A DNA stretch of 64,000 nt from an uncultured Verrucomicrobiae bacterium (GCA_963719495.1 CAVRCI010000011.1:128001-192000), one strand, 5' to 3'. Shown: positions 46,881 to 56,950, counted from the first letter of the stretch. Program-made: numbers and translations. Notes: generated from the sequence alone by a model not told the origin.

Positions 46881-47768
46881 CGTCACCGGAGAAGAAGGTG
46901 GGAAGCTCATCGAGCCGCCCCGACCCGAGGGGGTAGGGCAGCCGCGCCGCCGGGTGCCCACTTTGGTTAGGGTTTGCGATCGAAAACGAAGGGCGACCGA
47001 TGGGCTCAGACCGGCGTGGCAGACGAAGCCGTCGAGAAGTTCGCGGGTCCATCGAGGAGGCGACGGCACCCGGGGCCCGGCTGCCCTACCGATTTTTACG
47101 AAGGCGCTGACGCGGTCAGCTCAAGCCGCATCAACTGGAGTAAGCGCTGGGGTCTTTCGAACGTCACCGGAGAAGAAGTGGGGCAGCTCGTCGAACTGCA
47201 CCTACCCGAGGGGGTAGGGAAGCCGCGCCGCCGGGTGCCCACTTTGGTTAGGGGTTGTGATCGAAAACGAAGGGCGACCGATAGGCTCAGACCGGCGTGG
47301 CAGACGAAGCCGTCGAGAAATTCGTGGGTCCATCGAGGAGGCGACGGCACCCGGGGCCCGGCTGCCCTACCGATTTTTACGAAGGTGCTGACGCGGTCAG
47401 CTCGAGCACCATCAATTGGAGTAAGCGCTGGGGTCTTTCGAACCTCACCGGAGAAGAAGTGGGGCAGCTCGTCGAACTGCACCTACCCGAGGGGGTAGGG
47501 CAGCCGCGCCGCCGGGTGCCCACTTTGGTTAGGGTTTGCGATCGAAAACGAAGGGCGACCGATGGGCTCAGACCGGCGTGGCAGACGAAGCCGTCGAGAA
47601 ATTCGTGGTTCCATCGAGGAGGCGACGGCACCCGGGGCCCGGCGGCCCTACCGATTTTTACGAAGGCGCTGACGCGGTCAGCTCGACCAATTTTGATGGA
47701 AGCAGGACGCTGAATAGTCCGAACGTCACCGGAGAAGAAGTGGGGCAGCTCGTCGAACTACACCTACC
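46881..47768. repeat. 281-bp tandem array (about 3.2 units), each unit holding an inverted GTAG-type REP doublet
   Basis: Unit starts at 46881, 47162, 47443 and 47724; arms GGTAGGGCAGCCG..CGGGTGCC and GGCACCCG..CGGCTGCCCTACC. Confidence 0.93.
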
Positions 47769-47927
47769 GACGTTGCTGGGGACCCCTCGCCGAAGGGTTC
47801 GTCGACTGCTCTCGTTACGGTCGCTTATTCGGAGAATGCTTCGGACTGCGTTAGCGATGTCGCATTTTCACGGCGAGTTCACGGGGGCTTCATCGGATTT
47901 TCACGGTCGCCCGGCACGGTGGCTTCC

Positions 47928-49043
47928 ATGAAAGCTCTGCTGGCCGCGCTATTGGTTCTCTCCGTTGATCTCTCCGCCGCGGAATCGGGTGAGGTGACTT
48001 TACCGCTCGCGGAATATCTCGCGCAGCGGGCGGCGGACGCGCCGGTCGCGACGCCGGAGCGTCCGCCGGTCGAGTTCGCCGTCACGAACGCCGCGGTCAC
48101 GCTTTCGCTCACCGAGGGCCGGCTCACGGGGATCGCGCGATTCGGCGTCGCGACGTTTGCCGAAGGTTGGCACCTCGTTCCGCTGATCGGTGGCGAGGTG
48201 AACGTCTTGAGCGTCGAGCCCGCCGACGCGGCTCTCGTGACTCGGGAGGGTTGGCTGGCGCTGCAGATCCGCGACGCGGGTCGGCGCGAGGTGGTGATCG
48301 AATTCTCGAGCGTCCGCGGCGACGGGGCGTCCGGGTGGGGCCTGGACCTTCCCGCGGTCGTGGCGGGATCGGTCGAAGTGATCGCCAAACCCGCCGATCG
48401 GGAAGTGCTGCTCGTCAGTTCGGGAACCCGCGTCGACGGCGCGACGGCCTACCTGACGAGCCGCGCGGCCTCGCTCGAGATCGCGTTGACCGATCAACGT
48501 CGCGGCCCGGCACCGAAGGAATTGCCGAAGATCGCCGTCGACGGCGCGACCGTGCCCAAGGCCGAATTCCGGACCCGTGTCGTCGCGGACGGCGCGCTCT
48601 TCTGCGAAGCGAAGATCGTCGTGCGGCATCTCGATCGGACGAGCTGGACGTTTCGATTACCCAAGGAGAGTCGGCTGCTTGCCTGCACGGTCGGCGGCGA
48701 ACCCGCGAGTCCGGCTGTGCTGGAGAATGGCGACCTCGCGCTGCCGCTCGACGCCCCGGGGAAGGATCGGTCGACGGTCGTCGGGATCACCTACACGGGG
48801 GCGGTGTCGGAGTTCGATCCGGTGCGTGGGGACTTCCGCGTCGCACTGCCGTGGACGCCGCTCTTCGTCGAAGAGATCGATTGGCGGCTGACGCTGCCGG
48901 GTGGTTACGAGGCGAGCGCGTTCGACGGCAACGTCGAGGTCGCCCCGGCAGGCGAAGGCGGCGACTTGCACTTTCAAAAACGCCTGGCCCGCGGTGAGGC
49001 GGCGGCGGTTCAGATTTTTTACACGAAAAGCGTCACCGATTAA
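47928..49043 (+). CDS. Exported hypothetical protein upstream of the creD-like gene
   Basis: Signal peptide; beta-rich; 12 bp from the next gene. Confidence 0.7.
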   Translation: MKALLAALLVLSVDLSAAESGEVTLPLAEYLAQRAADAPVATPERPPVEFAVTNAAVTLSLTEGRLTGIARFGVATFAEGWHLVPLIGGEVNVLSVEPADAALVTREGWLALQIRDAGRREVVIEFSSVRGDGASGWGLDLPAVVAGSVEVIAKPADREVLLVSSGTRVDGATAYLTSRAASLEIALTDQRRGPAPKELPKIAVDGATVPKAEFRTRVVADGALFCEAKIVVRHLDRTSWTFRLPKESRLLACTVGGEPASPAVLENGDLALPLDAPGKDRSTVVGITYTGAVSEFDPVRGDFRVALPWTPLFVEEIDWRLTLPGGYEASAFDGNVEVAPAGEGGDLHFQKRLARGEAAAVQIFYTKSVTD

Positions 49044-49055
49044 CCGATCCAATTC

Positions 49056-50261
49056 ATGAACACCCAACGTCTCACCATCCTCCGGCTTCTCGCCATCGGC
49101 TTCATCTTTGCCTGCACGGCGGGCGCGTGGTTCGTGCTCGGCGGCGCGCTCGTCGTCCGCACGGCGCAATCCGATCAGCAACTCGGCCCGGAGGTCGACG
49201 GGGCGTGGGGCACGCTGCTCCATCAACTTCATCCGCGGGCCTGGTATCGCTCGCCGACGGGAGAGCGTGGCCGCAAGGCGATCCTGCCCGAGGCGAGCGC
49301 CGTGGCGGTGAAATTGAGTTCCGATCCGAAACGGAAGGGCTTGCTCTGGTATCGGACGTTTGGCGTGGAATTCGCCGCGGACTACACGATCAAAAATCCG
49401 ACACCGATCCCGCAGACGCTCTACGTCGCCTTCGCGTTGCCCGAGTCGAACGCGAGTTTTTCGGACGTGTCGTTTCGACTCGGCGATGGGCCGCCGACCG
49501 AGGCGGAGCCGGTGGACGGAGTGATCACGGAGGCGGTCGTCGTGCCCGCGGGCGGAGCGGTCCCGTTGCGGGTGACCTACCGGACGCGGGGTCGGGACGC
49601 GTGGAGTTACGGCTTCGGCGAGACGGAGCGAATTCGGAATTTTGCGCTTGCGATGACGACCGACTTCGCCGCGATCGATTTCCCGCCGGGGACTGGATCG
49701 CCGACGGAACGCACGGCGACGGACGCGGGTTGGGACCTCGGATGGAACTATCCCGACGTCGTGAGCCCGGCGGCCATCGGCATGGCGATGCCGAAAGTGC
49801 TCAACGCGGGGCCGGTCGCGGCGAGGATCAGTTTTTTCGCGCCGGTGTCGTTGCTGTTCTTCTTCGCCGTGCTGCTCATTTACGGGGCGGTGCGGGGGCT
49901 GACGCTGCACCCGATGAATTACTTTTTCCTGGCCGCCGGCTGCTTCGCGTTTCAGCTCCTGTTCGCTTATCTGGTCGACGTTCTGCCGGTGCACGCCGCG
50001 TTCGCGATCTCGGCGGCGGTGTCGCTTCTCCTGGTGACCGGCTACGTTCACGCGGCGGCGGGCTGGCGCTTGTCGCGGGTGTGCGGCGTCGCGCAATTCG
50101 CTTACATGGTGCTGTTCAGTTACAGCTTTTTCTTCGACGGAATGAGCGGCCTCACGATCGCGATCGGGGCGGTCGTCACCCTGGCAATCCTGATGATCGC
50201 GACGGCGAAGGTGGATTGGTCGGGCAAATTCGCGCGCACCCCGCGCGAGGTCGCGGCGTGA
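49056..50261 (+). CDS. CreD-like inner membrane protein
   Basis: N-terminal TM, periplasmic domain, C-terminal TMs with LHPMNY and T.KVDW; adjacent to creBC. Confidence 0.72.
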   Translation: MNTQRLTILRLLAIGFIFACTAGAWFVLGGALVVRTAQSDQQLGPEVDGAWGTLLHQLHPRAWYRSPTGERGRKAILPEASAVAVKLSSDPKRKGLLWYRTFGVEFAADYTIKNPTPIPQTLYVAFALPESNASFSDVSFRLGDGPPTEAEPVDGVITEAVVVPAGGAVPLRVTYRTRGRDAWSYGFGETERIRNFALAMTTDFAAIDFPPGTGSPTERTATDAGWDLGWNYPDVVSPAAIGMAMPKVLNAGPVAARISFFAPVSLLFFFAVLLIYGAVRGLTLHPMNYFFLAAGCFAFQLLFAYLVDVLPVHAAFAISAAVSLLLVTGYVHAAAGWRLSRVCGVAQFAYMVLFSYSFFFDGMSGLTIAIGAVVTLAILMIATAKVDWSGKFARTPREVAA

Positions 50262-50309
50262 GGATGGGGCTCGATGCCGGGCGCGGGAATGGGTAGAAGC
50301 TGGGGAGTC

Positions 50310-51017
50310 ATGACGTCCGCCCGTCCGCGCATTCTGATCGTCGAAGACGAGCCGTCCATTCGCGACACGATCCAGTATCCGTTGGATTCGGACGGGTGCG
50401 AGACGCGGTGCTGCGGGACGGGGGGCGAAGCGCTGACCGCATTGGGCGAGGCGGCTTTCGACCTCGTGATCCTGGACGTGGGCCTGCCGGATGTGAGCGG
50501 GTTCGACGTTTGTCGGCGGCTGCGCGAGCGCTCGAACGTGCCGGTGCTCTTCCTCACGGCGCGATCGGATGAGATCGACCGGGTGGTGGGGTTGGAAATC
50601 GGGGGCGACGATTACGTGACGAAACCGTTCAGTCCGCGCGAACTCGCCGCGCGGGTGCGGGCCGTGCTCCGGCGCACGCGGGGTGCGGTCGCGATCGAGC
50701 CTGATGCGGCTGGGAACGAAGTCTTCGCCGTCGACGCCGACCGGCTGGCCATTCGTTACCACGGCACGCCGCTCGATCTGTCGCGCACGGAATACCGGCT
50801 ACTCGCCGCGTTCGTCGCGCGGCCCGGGCGGGTTTTTTCGCGGGCGCAATTGATGGACGCCGCGTGGGACGAGCCCGAAGCGTCGTTCGACCGGACGGTC
50901 GACGCGCACGTGAAAACGCTCCGCGCCAAACTGCGCGCCGTCCGTCCGGAGGAGGACCCGATCCGCACGCACCGCGGGTTTGGGTATTCCCTCGCCGAGG
51001 CCAGCGACGTCGCGTGA
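50310..51017 (+). CDS. creB: OmpR-family response regulator CreB
   Basis: ILIVEDE, LDVGLPD, DDYVTKPFSPRE, DRTVD.H.KTLRAKL, THRG.GYSL. Confidence 0.82.
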   Translation: MTSARPRILIVEDEPSIRDTIQYPLDSDGCETRCCGTGGEALTALGEAAFDLVILDVGLPDVSGFDVCRRLRERSNVPVLFLTARSDEIDRVVGLEIGGDDYVTKPFSPRELAARVRAVLRRTRGAVAIEPDAAGNEVFAVDADRLAIRYHGTPLDLSRTEYRLLAAFVARPGRVFSRAQLMDAAWDEPEASFDRTVDAHVKTLRAKLRAVRPEEDPIRTHRGFGYSLAEASDVA

Positions 51018-52438
51018 GCCTGACTTTTCGCGTCCTCGCCGGGTTCATCGTCTGCGCGGTGGCGGCGATTTATTTGCTGCTCAACCCGATCCTCGACCGC
51101 GTCGAGCGGCAGTATTTGGAGGCGACCGAAGAGCCGATGGTCGACACGGCGGAGATCCTCGCCGCCATCGTCGCGCGGGAATACGCGGACCGCGGGGAGC
51201 TGCCGAGTTCGTTTGGGGCTGGATTCGCCGCGGCGCGCGATCGCGAATTCGAGGCCGTCATTTACAACCTGCTCAAGACAAGGGTTTCCATGGGCGCCTA
51301 CGTGACGAACGCGAGCGGGAAGGTGGTTTTCGATTCCGACGAACCGGCGAACGTCGGGCGCGATTTCTCCGATCGGCAGGACGTCTACCTCACCCTGCGG
51401 GGGCGCTACGGCGCGAGGTCGAGCCGCACCGACGAGAGCGACGATCTGTCGTCCGTCATGTTCGTGGGAGCGCCGTTGCTGATCGACGGGAAAATCGTCG
51501 GCGTCCTCTCCGTTTACAAACCGCAGCGGAGCCTGCGCGAGTTCGTGCTCGAGACCAAGCGGTGGATTTTGTTCTTCGGACTCTCCGGGACGGCGGCGTT
51601 TCTGCTGTTCGGGTTTCTGCTCTCCCGTTGGGTTACGCACCCGCTCGCCCGGCTGACGCGGCACGCGGAGGACGTAACGCGCGGTGCCCGGCCGGTGCCG
51701 CCGCGCATGCCCGGACGTCACCTGCGCGTCCTCGGCGAGTCCGTCGAACGCATGCGCGACGCGCTCGAGGACCGCGACTACGTCGGGAATTACGTCCAAA
51801 CGCTGAGCCACGAGATGAAGGCGCCGGTCGCCGCGATCCGTGGTGCGGCCGAGTTGCTCGACGAAGATCTGCCGCCGGAGCAGAGGCGAAGATTCATGGC
51901 CAACATCCGGTCCGAGGCCGCGCGGCTCCAGAAATTGATCGAGCAACTCCTCGCCCTCGCCTCCCTCGAAAGCCGCAAACGCCTCGAACACCCCGCCACC
52001 GTCGACGTGGCGGAGATCGCCCGCCGGGTCGTCGAGGAAAGTGGCGAGCATTACCCGGATCGTGAAATCCGGCTGGATGCGGTCGGCGAGTCGATCGTGA
52101 GCGGCGACGAATTCCTGCTCGCCACGGCCATCCGCAACCTCGTCCAGAACGCGGCGGAATTTTCGCCGGACGGCGGCACGATCCGCGTTAGCGTCCGGCG
52201 CGAATCAACGAACGTCGTTGTCCGGATCCGCGACGACGGTCCCGGCCTGCCGCACTACGCCAAGGCGCGCGTCTTCGAGCGATTCTATTCGCTGCCCCGC
52301 CCGGGAACGGAGCGAAAGAGCTCGGGACTTGGGCTGTGTTTCGTCCGCGAGGCCGTCGCGCTCCACGGGGGAACGGTCGCTTTGAGTAACCGGGCTGGCG
52401 CGACCGGAGCCGAGGCGACACTGACCCTGCCCGCCTGA
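51014..52438 (+). CDS. creC: Sensor histidine kinase CreC
   Basis: DVYLTLRG.YGARS, YVQTLSHEMK.P, FERFYSLPRP, KSSGLGL.FV.E. Confidence 0.87.
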   Translation: MSLTFRVLAGFIVCAVAAIYLLLNPILDRVERQYLEATEEPMVDTAEILAAIVAREYADRGELPSSFGAGFAAARDREFEAVIYNLLKTRVSMGAYVTNASGKVVFDSDEPANVGRDFSDRQDVYLTLRGRYGARSSRTDESDDLSSVMFVGAPLLIDGKIVGVLSVYKPQRSLREFVLETKRWILFFGLSGTAAFLLFGFLLSRWVTHPLARLTRHAEDVTRGARPVPPRMPGRHLRVLGESVERMRDALEDRDYVGNYVQTLSHEMKAPVAAIRGAAELLDEDLPPEQRRRFMANIRSEAARLQKLIEQLLALASLESRKRLEHPATVDVAEIARRVVEESGEHYPDREIRLDAVGESIVSGDEFLLATAIRNLVQNAAEFSPDGGTIRVSVRRESTNVVVRIRDDGPGLPHYAKARVFERFYSLPRPGTERKSSGLGLCFVREAVALHGGTVALSNRAGATGAEATLTLPA

Positions 52439-52517
52439 CCGCGGAGCTGGGACAAATTCGGACTTGGCAGGAGTGGGAAGCCGTGGCAATTTCCCCGGCT
52501 GCCACGGCAGAAGCAGA

Positions 52518-52589
<72 letters not shown>

Positions 52590-52660
52590 GTCTTTCTGAA
52601 CGACAGCAAACGTCAGGCAATGAGGGGTTTAGGATGGGGTTACCGAGCTGTTTTCGCGAA

Positions 52661-52718
52661 AGACTGGAACAGACAGAAAACGACAGGAACGGCCTCGAAA
52701 CTGTCCCCAAACTGCCCC
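52661..52718. other. Putative att-arm repeats
   Basis: Three imperfect 10-bp repeats (52661-52690) and AAACTGTCCCC/AAACTGCCCC direct pair (52698-52718). Confidence 0.5.
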
Positions 52719-52830
52719 GCGATTTTAAGATCTCTCAAGAAAAAGTCGTTTCTGCGAAGCCCCCAGCCTCAGTTTTCGCTTCCTACGTGTAAATCGTTCA
52801 CTATCAATTGCTAGCGTTGCAATAATGGTC

Positions 52831-54093
52831 TCAGTTATTGCTCAGTAAACCGAGAATCGCTTTTGCTTCTGCGACCGTCCGGATTCCCCAGACGTTCGGT
52901 ATAACCATGCTTGCGGTCACAATCTTCCCAAGCGCTTCTTGTTCGCTTTTGTAAGCCGCCACCTTCGCAACGAGACGGGCAAGGTCGGAAAGTTGGTTTT
53001 CGCCGATGAGATGGCGCGCTTCCTCGAGAGTCGTTCGGGTGAGGCGAATCGCATAACCGTAGGTCTCCACGCTGATTGATTCGCGCTCAGGCTCGCGTAG
53101 CAAGTGATACAGCAAAGCGTATTGGTGAGTCCTGAAGAGCAATCGTCTTGAGAAGGCGATCGGAACAGATTTGGGATCAGGGAAGATTGAGGCGAACGCT
53201 GCGCAGTAGGTGGCAATTGGGTCGGGACCCACTTTGTAGGTAGAGCGCATCTGCGATGAAATCCGATCCCAGTGGATCTGCCATCCAGAGGTATCGATCT
53301 CATACATTGGGAAATTTTCCGGCGGACGATCCGGGTCGGCGCGGGCAATCAGATAGCCGAACCGAGCAAGCAGACCATCAACCATCGACTCGGAGGAATT
53401 GTGCCGAGTCCAGAGCTCGGTCTGGCTGAGAAAGTAAAGGGAGATACAGTGATCAGAGATTCTCAGGCTTCCGTCTCCCCTTGTTCTCCAACTGATCTCA
53501 TCGCCCGTTCCGAGGGCGAGCAAAATTGACTTGAGCTTGGCTTGATCTGCCTGGCTAGCCCAACGAAGAAACTGACCCGCCTCGTCCTGAATCCACAGAC
53601 CTCGCGAGTCGTCGGAAATGGCGTCGAAAAGGGCGCGAGCGCTGGCCACCCCTGCGGCATCTACCCGAGGATCCTCGATGACGGACAACAGCTTCTTCAC
53701 GGTCAGAGATTTTCCGGTTCCCGAGTCGGCCAGAACGACGGTCCAGATGTTGGGCTGAATTTCCGTTCCGCCGCAGCTTGCAGTAACTCCCCTCCGAGCA
53801 GCCAAACCAGCAATGAGATGCAGCGCCGTCATATAAGGAATTTCGAGCGGCAAGTCGCTTCCCGCGCGAAAACTTTCGCAGACCGCCTCGAGCAACGAAG
53901 CTGGCGGGAGGAGGTTGTCGCCACGCCACCTGCGAATAGGGCCTGCTTGCTGAACGGCTAGCCAGCCGCGCAGTTCGTCGCGAAATGTCGAGTCGCTGAT
54001 TCGCGATACGAACGGCAATTCGGGCTGCCCGCTCCGGCGGCCTCCCTTCTTCCTGGGAGACCGCTTCCGAGCGGAATCGGTCGAACTACCCAT
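52831..54093 (-). CDS. DUF3987/YfjI-like P-loop NTPase
   Basis: PNIWTVVLADSGTGKS Walker A, QDEAG Walker B-like, DGLLARF. Confidence 0.72.
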   Translation of the reverse strand: MGSSTDSARKRSPRKKGGRRSGQPELPFVSRISDSTFRDELRGWLAVQQAGPIRRWRGDNLLPPASLLEAVCESFRAGSDLPLEIPYMTALHLIAGLAARRGVTASCGGTEIQPNIWTVVLADSGTGKSLTVKKLLSVIEDPRVDAAGVASARALFDAISDDSRGLWIQDEAGQFLRWASQADQAKLKSILLALGTGDEISWRTRGDGSLRISDHCISLYFLSQTELWTRHNSSESMVDGLLARFGYLIARADPDRPPENFPMYEIDTSGWQIHWDRISSQMRSTYKVGPDPIATYCAAFASIFPDPKSVPIAFSRRLLFRTHQYALLYHLLREPERESISVETYGYAIRLTRTTLEEARHLIGENQLSDLARLVAKVAAYKSEQEALGKIVTASMVIPNVWGIRTVAEAKAILGLLSNN

Positions 54094-54289
54094 TCTGGCG
54101 GGCTGGTTGATCAGCTAGGGCCGAGAAGGATGCAAGGATGTGGTCAACCGCAGAATTGATATCTGCTCGAGTCACCGAATCGAGGTTCAATCTCTCTGCT
54201 GTCGCAAGACGCAGAGCACCTTCGGCGGAATCGAGAAGGGTCTGAACTCGGTCCCGCTGTGACCTGGAAATTGGTGTTCGGGGCATCAA
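54086..54289 (-). CDS. Small hypothetical protein
   Basis: Overlaps both neighbours (translational coupling); helical composition. Confidence 0.5.
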   Translation of the reverse strand: MMPRTPISRSQRDRVQTLLDSAEGALRLATAERLNLDSVTRADINSAVDHILASFSALADQPARQNG

Positions 54290-56201
54290 ATTTTTTGTCC
54301 CTCCGCTTCTTCGCCAGAGTCCTCGCCGATCTCAACGACTTGGTTTGCAGTGAGCTGGATAACGTCATTCCAATCCTTGCCAGCAGTGGGGCAGTCCCGC
54401 TCGAATCGATCCGTGACGCCGCGCCTCTCTGCTTCCTGACGTAGCTGGGAGTGCATTCGCTCACCCGCCTCGTCGTTGTCGAATGCCGCGACGATCTTCG
54501 CCCCGACGCGGATCGCGAGCCGGACGATCAGCTCGACGATGCGGAGGCCGAATCCGCCACCGGTGCTGAGGTAAACTGCGTCACTTGGGAGCCCGTGCGC
54601 TTGGGCGTGGCTCATGCAGTCTATGGCGGATTCGCAAACGACGATCACGCTCTCATCCCGCCCGGGACGACTCATCCACAAGCCCCGCTTGCCGCCCTTG
54701 CTGAATCCTTTCGCGTCTGGACCGCGATATTCGTAGCCACTCCCACCGGCGATCGAGTGCGCGAAGCGGACCGTCTCGTTCGATCCGAATTCCACTGACT
54801 GTGCGAAGTGGGAGAGCGTCTCCTCGGTTAGTGCCCGCGAGCGGAGGTAGCAGCTCGCGTAAGTCGCACTTTCACGCGATTCCGCCCGAGTCGCTGAATC
54901 GCGATGGGCTGGAGCTGCCGCTCTCTTCGGCGGTCGGGAAAGAAAAATCTGCGCGGCTGGCTCGGGTAATTCCGTCGAAAGTATCTCCGCAAGTCTCCTG
55001 CGAACCTCCCCAAGGTTCCCCCAAGAAAGTTCGTTTTGGCAAAAATCGATGACGCTCCCGCTAGAGCTACCGTTACGGGAAAAATACGTCCAATGCCCAT
55101 CGTCGGCCCTCATGATGACGATCTCGCGGCTTCTGTCGGGGTGACGCATCTGGCCAGACCCACCGGAAAGATCGACCACCCATCCGTGGACACCGGCTAG
55201 ATTTCGTAGGGATATTTCCTTTTTCAATCTGTCGAGATCTGGGAGCGGTGTTGATTGATCCGATCTGCCGCTTCCTGCGGAGTCAGCCGACACGGAACTC
55301 CGTCGATGAGGGTCTCGCCATTTTCCGACCAGATTTTCCCCACCGTCGCCGGGACGAGCCAAATTCCTCCGACGTATTGGAGGCTGGAGGTCAGTTGTTC
55401 GAGCTCGTCGGCGGTTCGCTCGAGTTCTCTCGCGAGCCGTAGTGCATGCAATGCTGACGAGCGATTCGTCGTCGGCTGTGGCCTCTCTGTTTCGCCGCTT
55501 GGATCCATAATTGTATTCGGAGTTTCCTCGCATTGCTGCGTTCGCTTTTGCGCCAATATGGATTGTTGGAACCAACGGAATGCCGTTTTCTACGTGCGAT
55601 AAGTGACTCACTCGTTGATCGCACCCCGCACGCTCCAGTGCTCGGTTGGTTCGGGATGCCCACTCTTCACGCATTCCGACGAGCGCAGCCCGCATCGCTC
55701 TGATGTCGGAACTCATGGCGCGGATTTTTTTGGGTCCAAAGCCGCTTCCATCACACGTTCGCGTGCTCCAAATCAGGTGGGCGTGGTGATTTCGTTCATC
55801 ACCTTTTTCGTTTGGTTTATGGATTGACCAAGCCACCGCGCAGCCATGTTGATCGCGCAGCCATGTTGATCGCGCAGCCAGCAGGTATATCCTACCACGA
55901 GTCTCCGCCGCTCCGAATCAGATAGCTCATATGGGAGGGCAATAACCGCAGATCGGGCAACGCACGCGTCACGTCGAATTTCCGCATTTTCGAGGGCCAA
56001 CGCGAACGACTGTAAGTCTCCATTCCATCCGACAATCCCGGTTGCCGTGATTTCATCCGCCCGCCGCGAGACCAACCATTTTGGGATCAGTGTCCCGCTT
56101 GATTCCTTTAACTGTTCTCCGAAAGCGTATCCCAATGACCGTGGAGCAGATTGGTTTTTCGAGCGGCAAACGGGCGTCACGGCTAGGTGGAAGATGGCCA
56201 T
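54286..56201 (-). pseudogene. MobA/MobL (MOBQ) relaxase fused to DUF3991/TOPRIM primase-like domain, frameshifted
   Basis: MAIFHL, IALPYELS, NHHAHL, PT.H.G motifs split over two frames by a 17-bp duplication at 55837-55870; C-terminal ESAID.MSH, STGG, AFDND.AG, KDWND. Confidence 0.85.
55224..55508 (-). CDS. Candidate overlapping gene within the relaxase-primase linker (MobB-like position)
   Basis: The alternative frame reads as a helical protein (LRLARELERTADELEQL) while the main frame is Arg-rich and low complexity. Confidence 0.45.
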   Translation of the reverse strand: MDPSGETERPQPTTNRSSALHALRLARELERTADELEQLTSSLQYVGGIWLVPATVGKIWSENGETLIDGVPCRLTPQEAADRINQHRSQISTD

Positions 56202-56271
56202 CTGCTTATCTTTCCCGACCGCCGAATTGGCAAGCGGCAGCGCGCCCTCCGAGCACCCGCGAGGCGCATTT

Positions 56272-56304
56272 GTATCGGCGCTCTGGCCGATACCTAATTG
56301 CGCT
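56272..56304 (+). other. MOBQ-type oriT
   Basis: GTATCGGC-N6-GCCGATAC hairpin followed by TAATTGCG^C, about 70-100 bp upstream of the relaxase start. Confidence 0.75.
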
Positions 56305-56349
56305 TCCGTCAGCAGGCGGAACAGCTGGATTCAGCGATCTAGCGAACAT

Positions 56350-56616
56350 TTAAGAATCCGTTTCGGGAAGACGATGGATCGGCCCGTCTTGGGCCGGTGG
56401 GAGGCACGACTCGATCAATCGGCGTTCACGGTCACGAAGTGACGGAAGCAGAGTTCGGACTTCTTGTGGCCGCTCCTTCATAAAATAGAGGCCAATAGCC
56501 TCAGCTGCTCGCATGACGTGCAGACGTTTGAGGATTTTCTGGCACTCTTCAGCCTCTTTCGCTCGCTTGATTAGGGCTTGTGCTTGTTCTCGAAGTTGTT
56601 GAGGTGATTTTGCCAT
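56350..56616 (-). CDS. Small helical protein, possible mobilisation accessory factor
   Basis: Coiled N-terminus; directly upstream of oriT. Confidence 0.55.
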   Translation of the reverse strand: MAKSPQQLREQAQALIKRAKEAEECQKILKRLHVMRAAEAIGLYFMKERPQEVRTLLPSLRDRERRLIESCLPPAQDGPIHRLPETDS

Positions 56617-56923
56617 TTAGTTGTATTTTTTGGTTTGATCTGAACTGGCCAGAGGGGGCGGAACTTTGCCTGCTCGTGGAGGATGCTGGCGCGGCTAATT
56701 TGTCCTCCATTTCGCAAGCTGCCCTACATGGCCATGGAGGGGGGATAGCGCCCGACTGTAGGCGCTTAAGGAGCTTCGCAACGTCGGACTCAAGATACTT
56801 CGGGTCCCGTGTCGACGGAACGACTGGTCTAATCCAACCAGCGCGAAGGGAGCGGCGAAAGCGATCGCGCCCGACGATTTTGTCAACTTGAGGGCCTGAA
56901 AGCGTCCGTATCGAAAAGCTCAT
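56549..56923 (-). CDS. Excisionase/MerR-like DNA-binding protein (putative)
   Basis: R...AGWIRPV......Y..SDV..LL.RL pattern; first gene of the mobilisation operon. Confidence 0.5.
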   Translation of the reverse strand: MSFSIRTLSGPQVDKIVGRDRFRRSLRAGWIRPVVPSTRDPKYLESDVAKLLKRLQSGAIPPPWPCRAACEMEDKLAAPASSTSRQSSAPSGQFRSNQKIQLNGKITSTTSRTSTSPNQASERG

Positions 56924-56925
56924 AG

Positions 56926-56950
56926 CGCATCTATAGAAACTATAGATGCG
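56926..56950. promoter_or_regulatory. Palindromic operator-like site between divergent genes
   Basis: CGCATCTATAG-AAA-CTATAGATGCG. Confidence 0.6.

Noticed and set aside
46881..47768. ORFs or a CRISPR array in the 281-bp repeat
   Set aside because: The unit is not a multiple of 3, the ORFs change frame between units, and there are no unique spacers
52590..52830. Integrase adjacent to the tRNA
   Set aside because: No ORF with tyrosine or serine recombinase motifs here or elsewhere in the window
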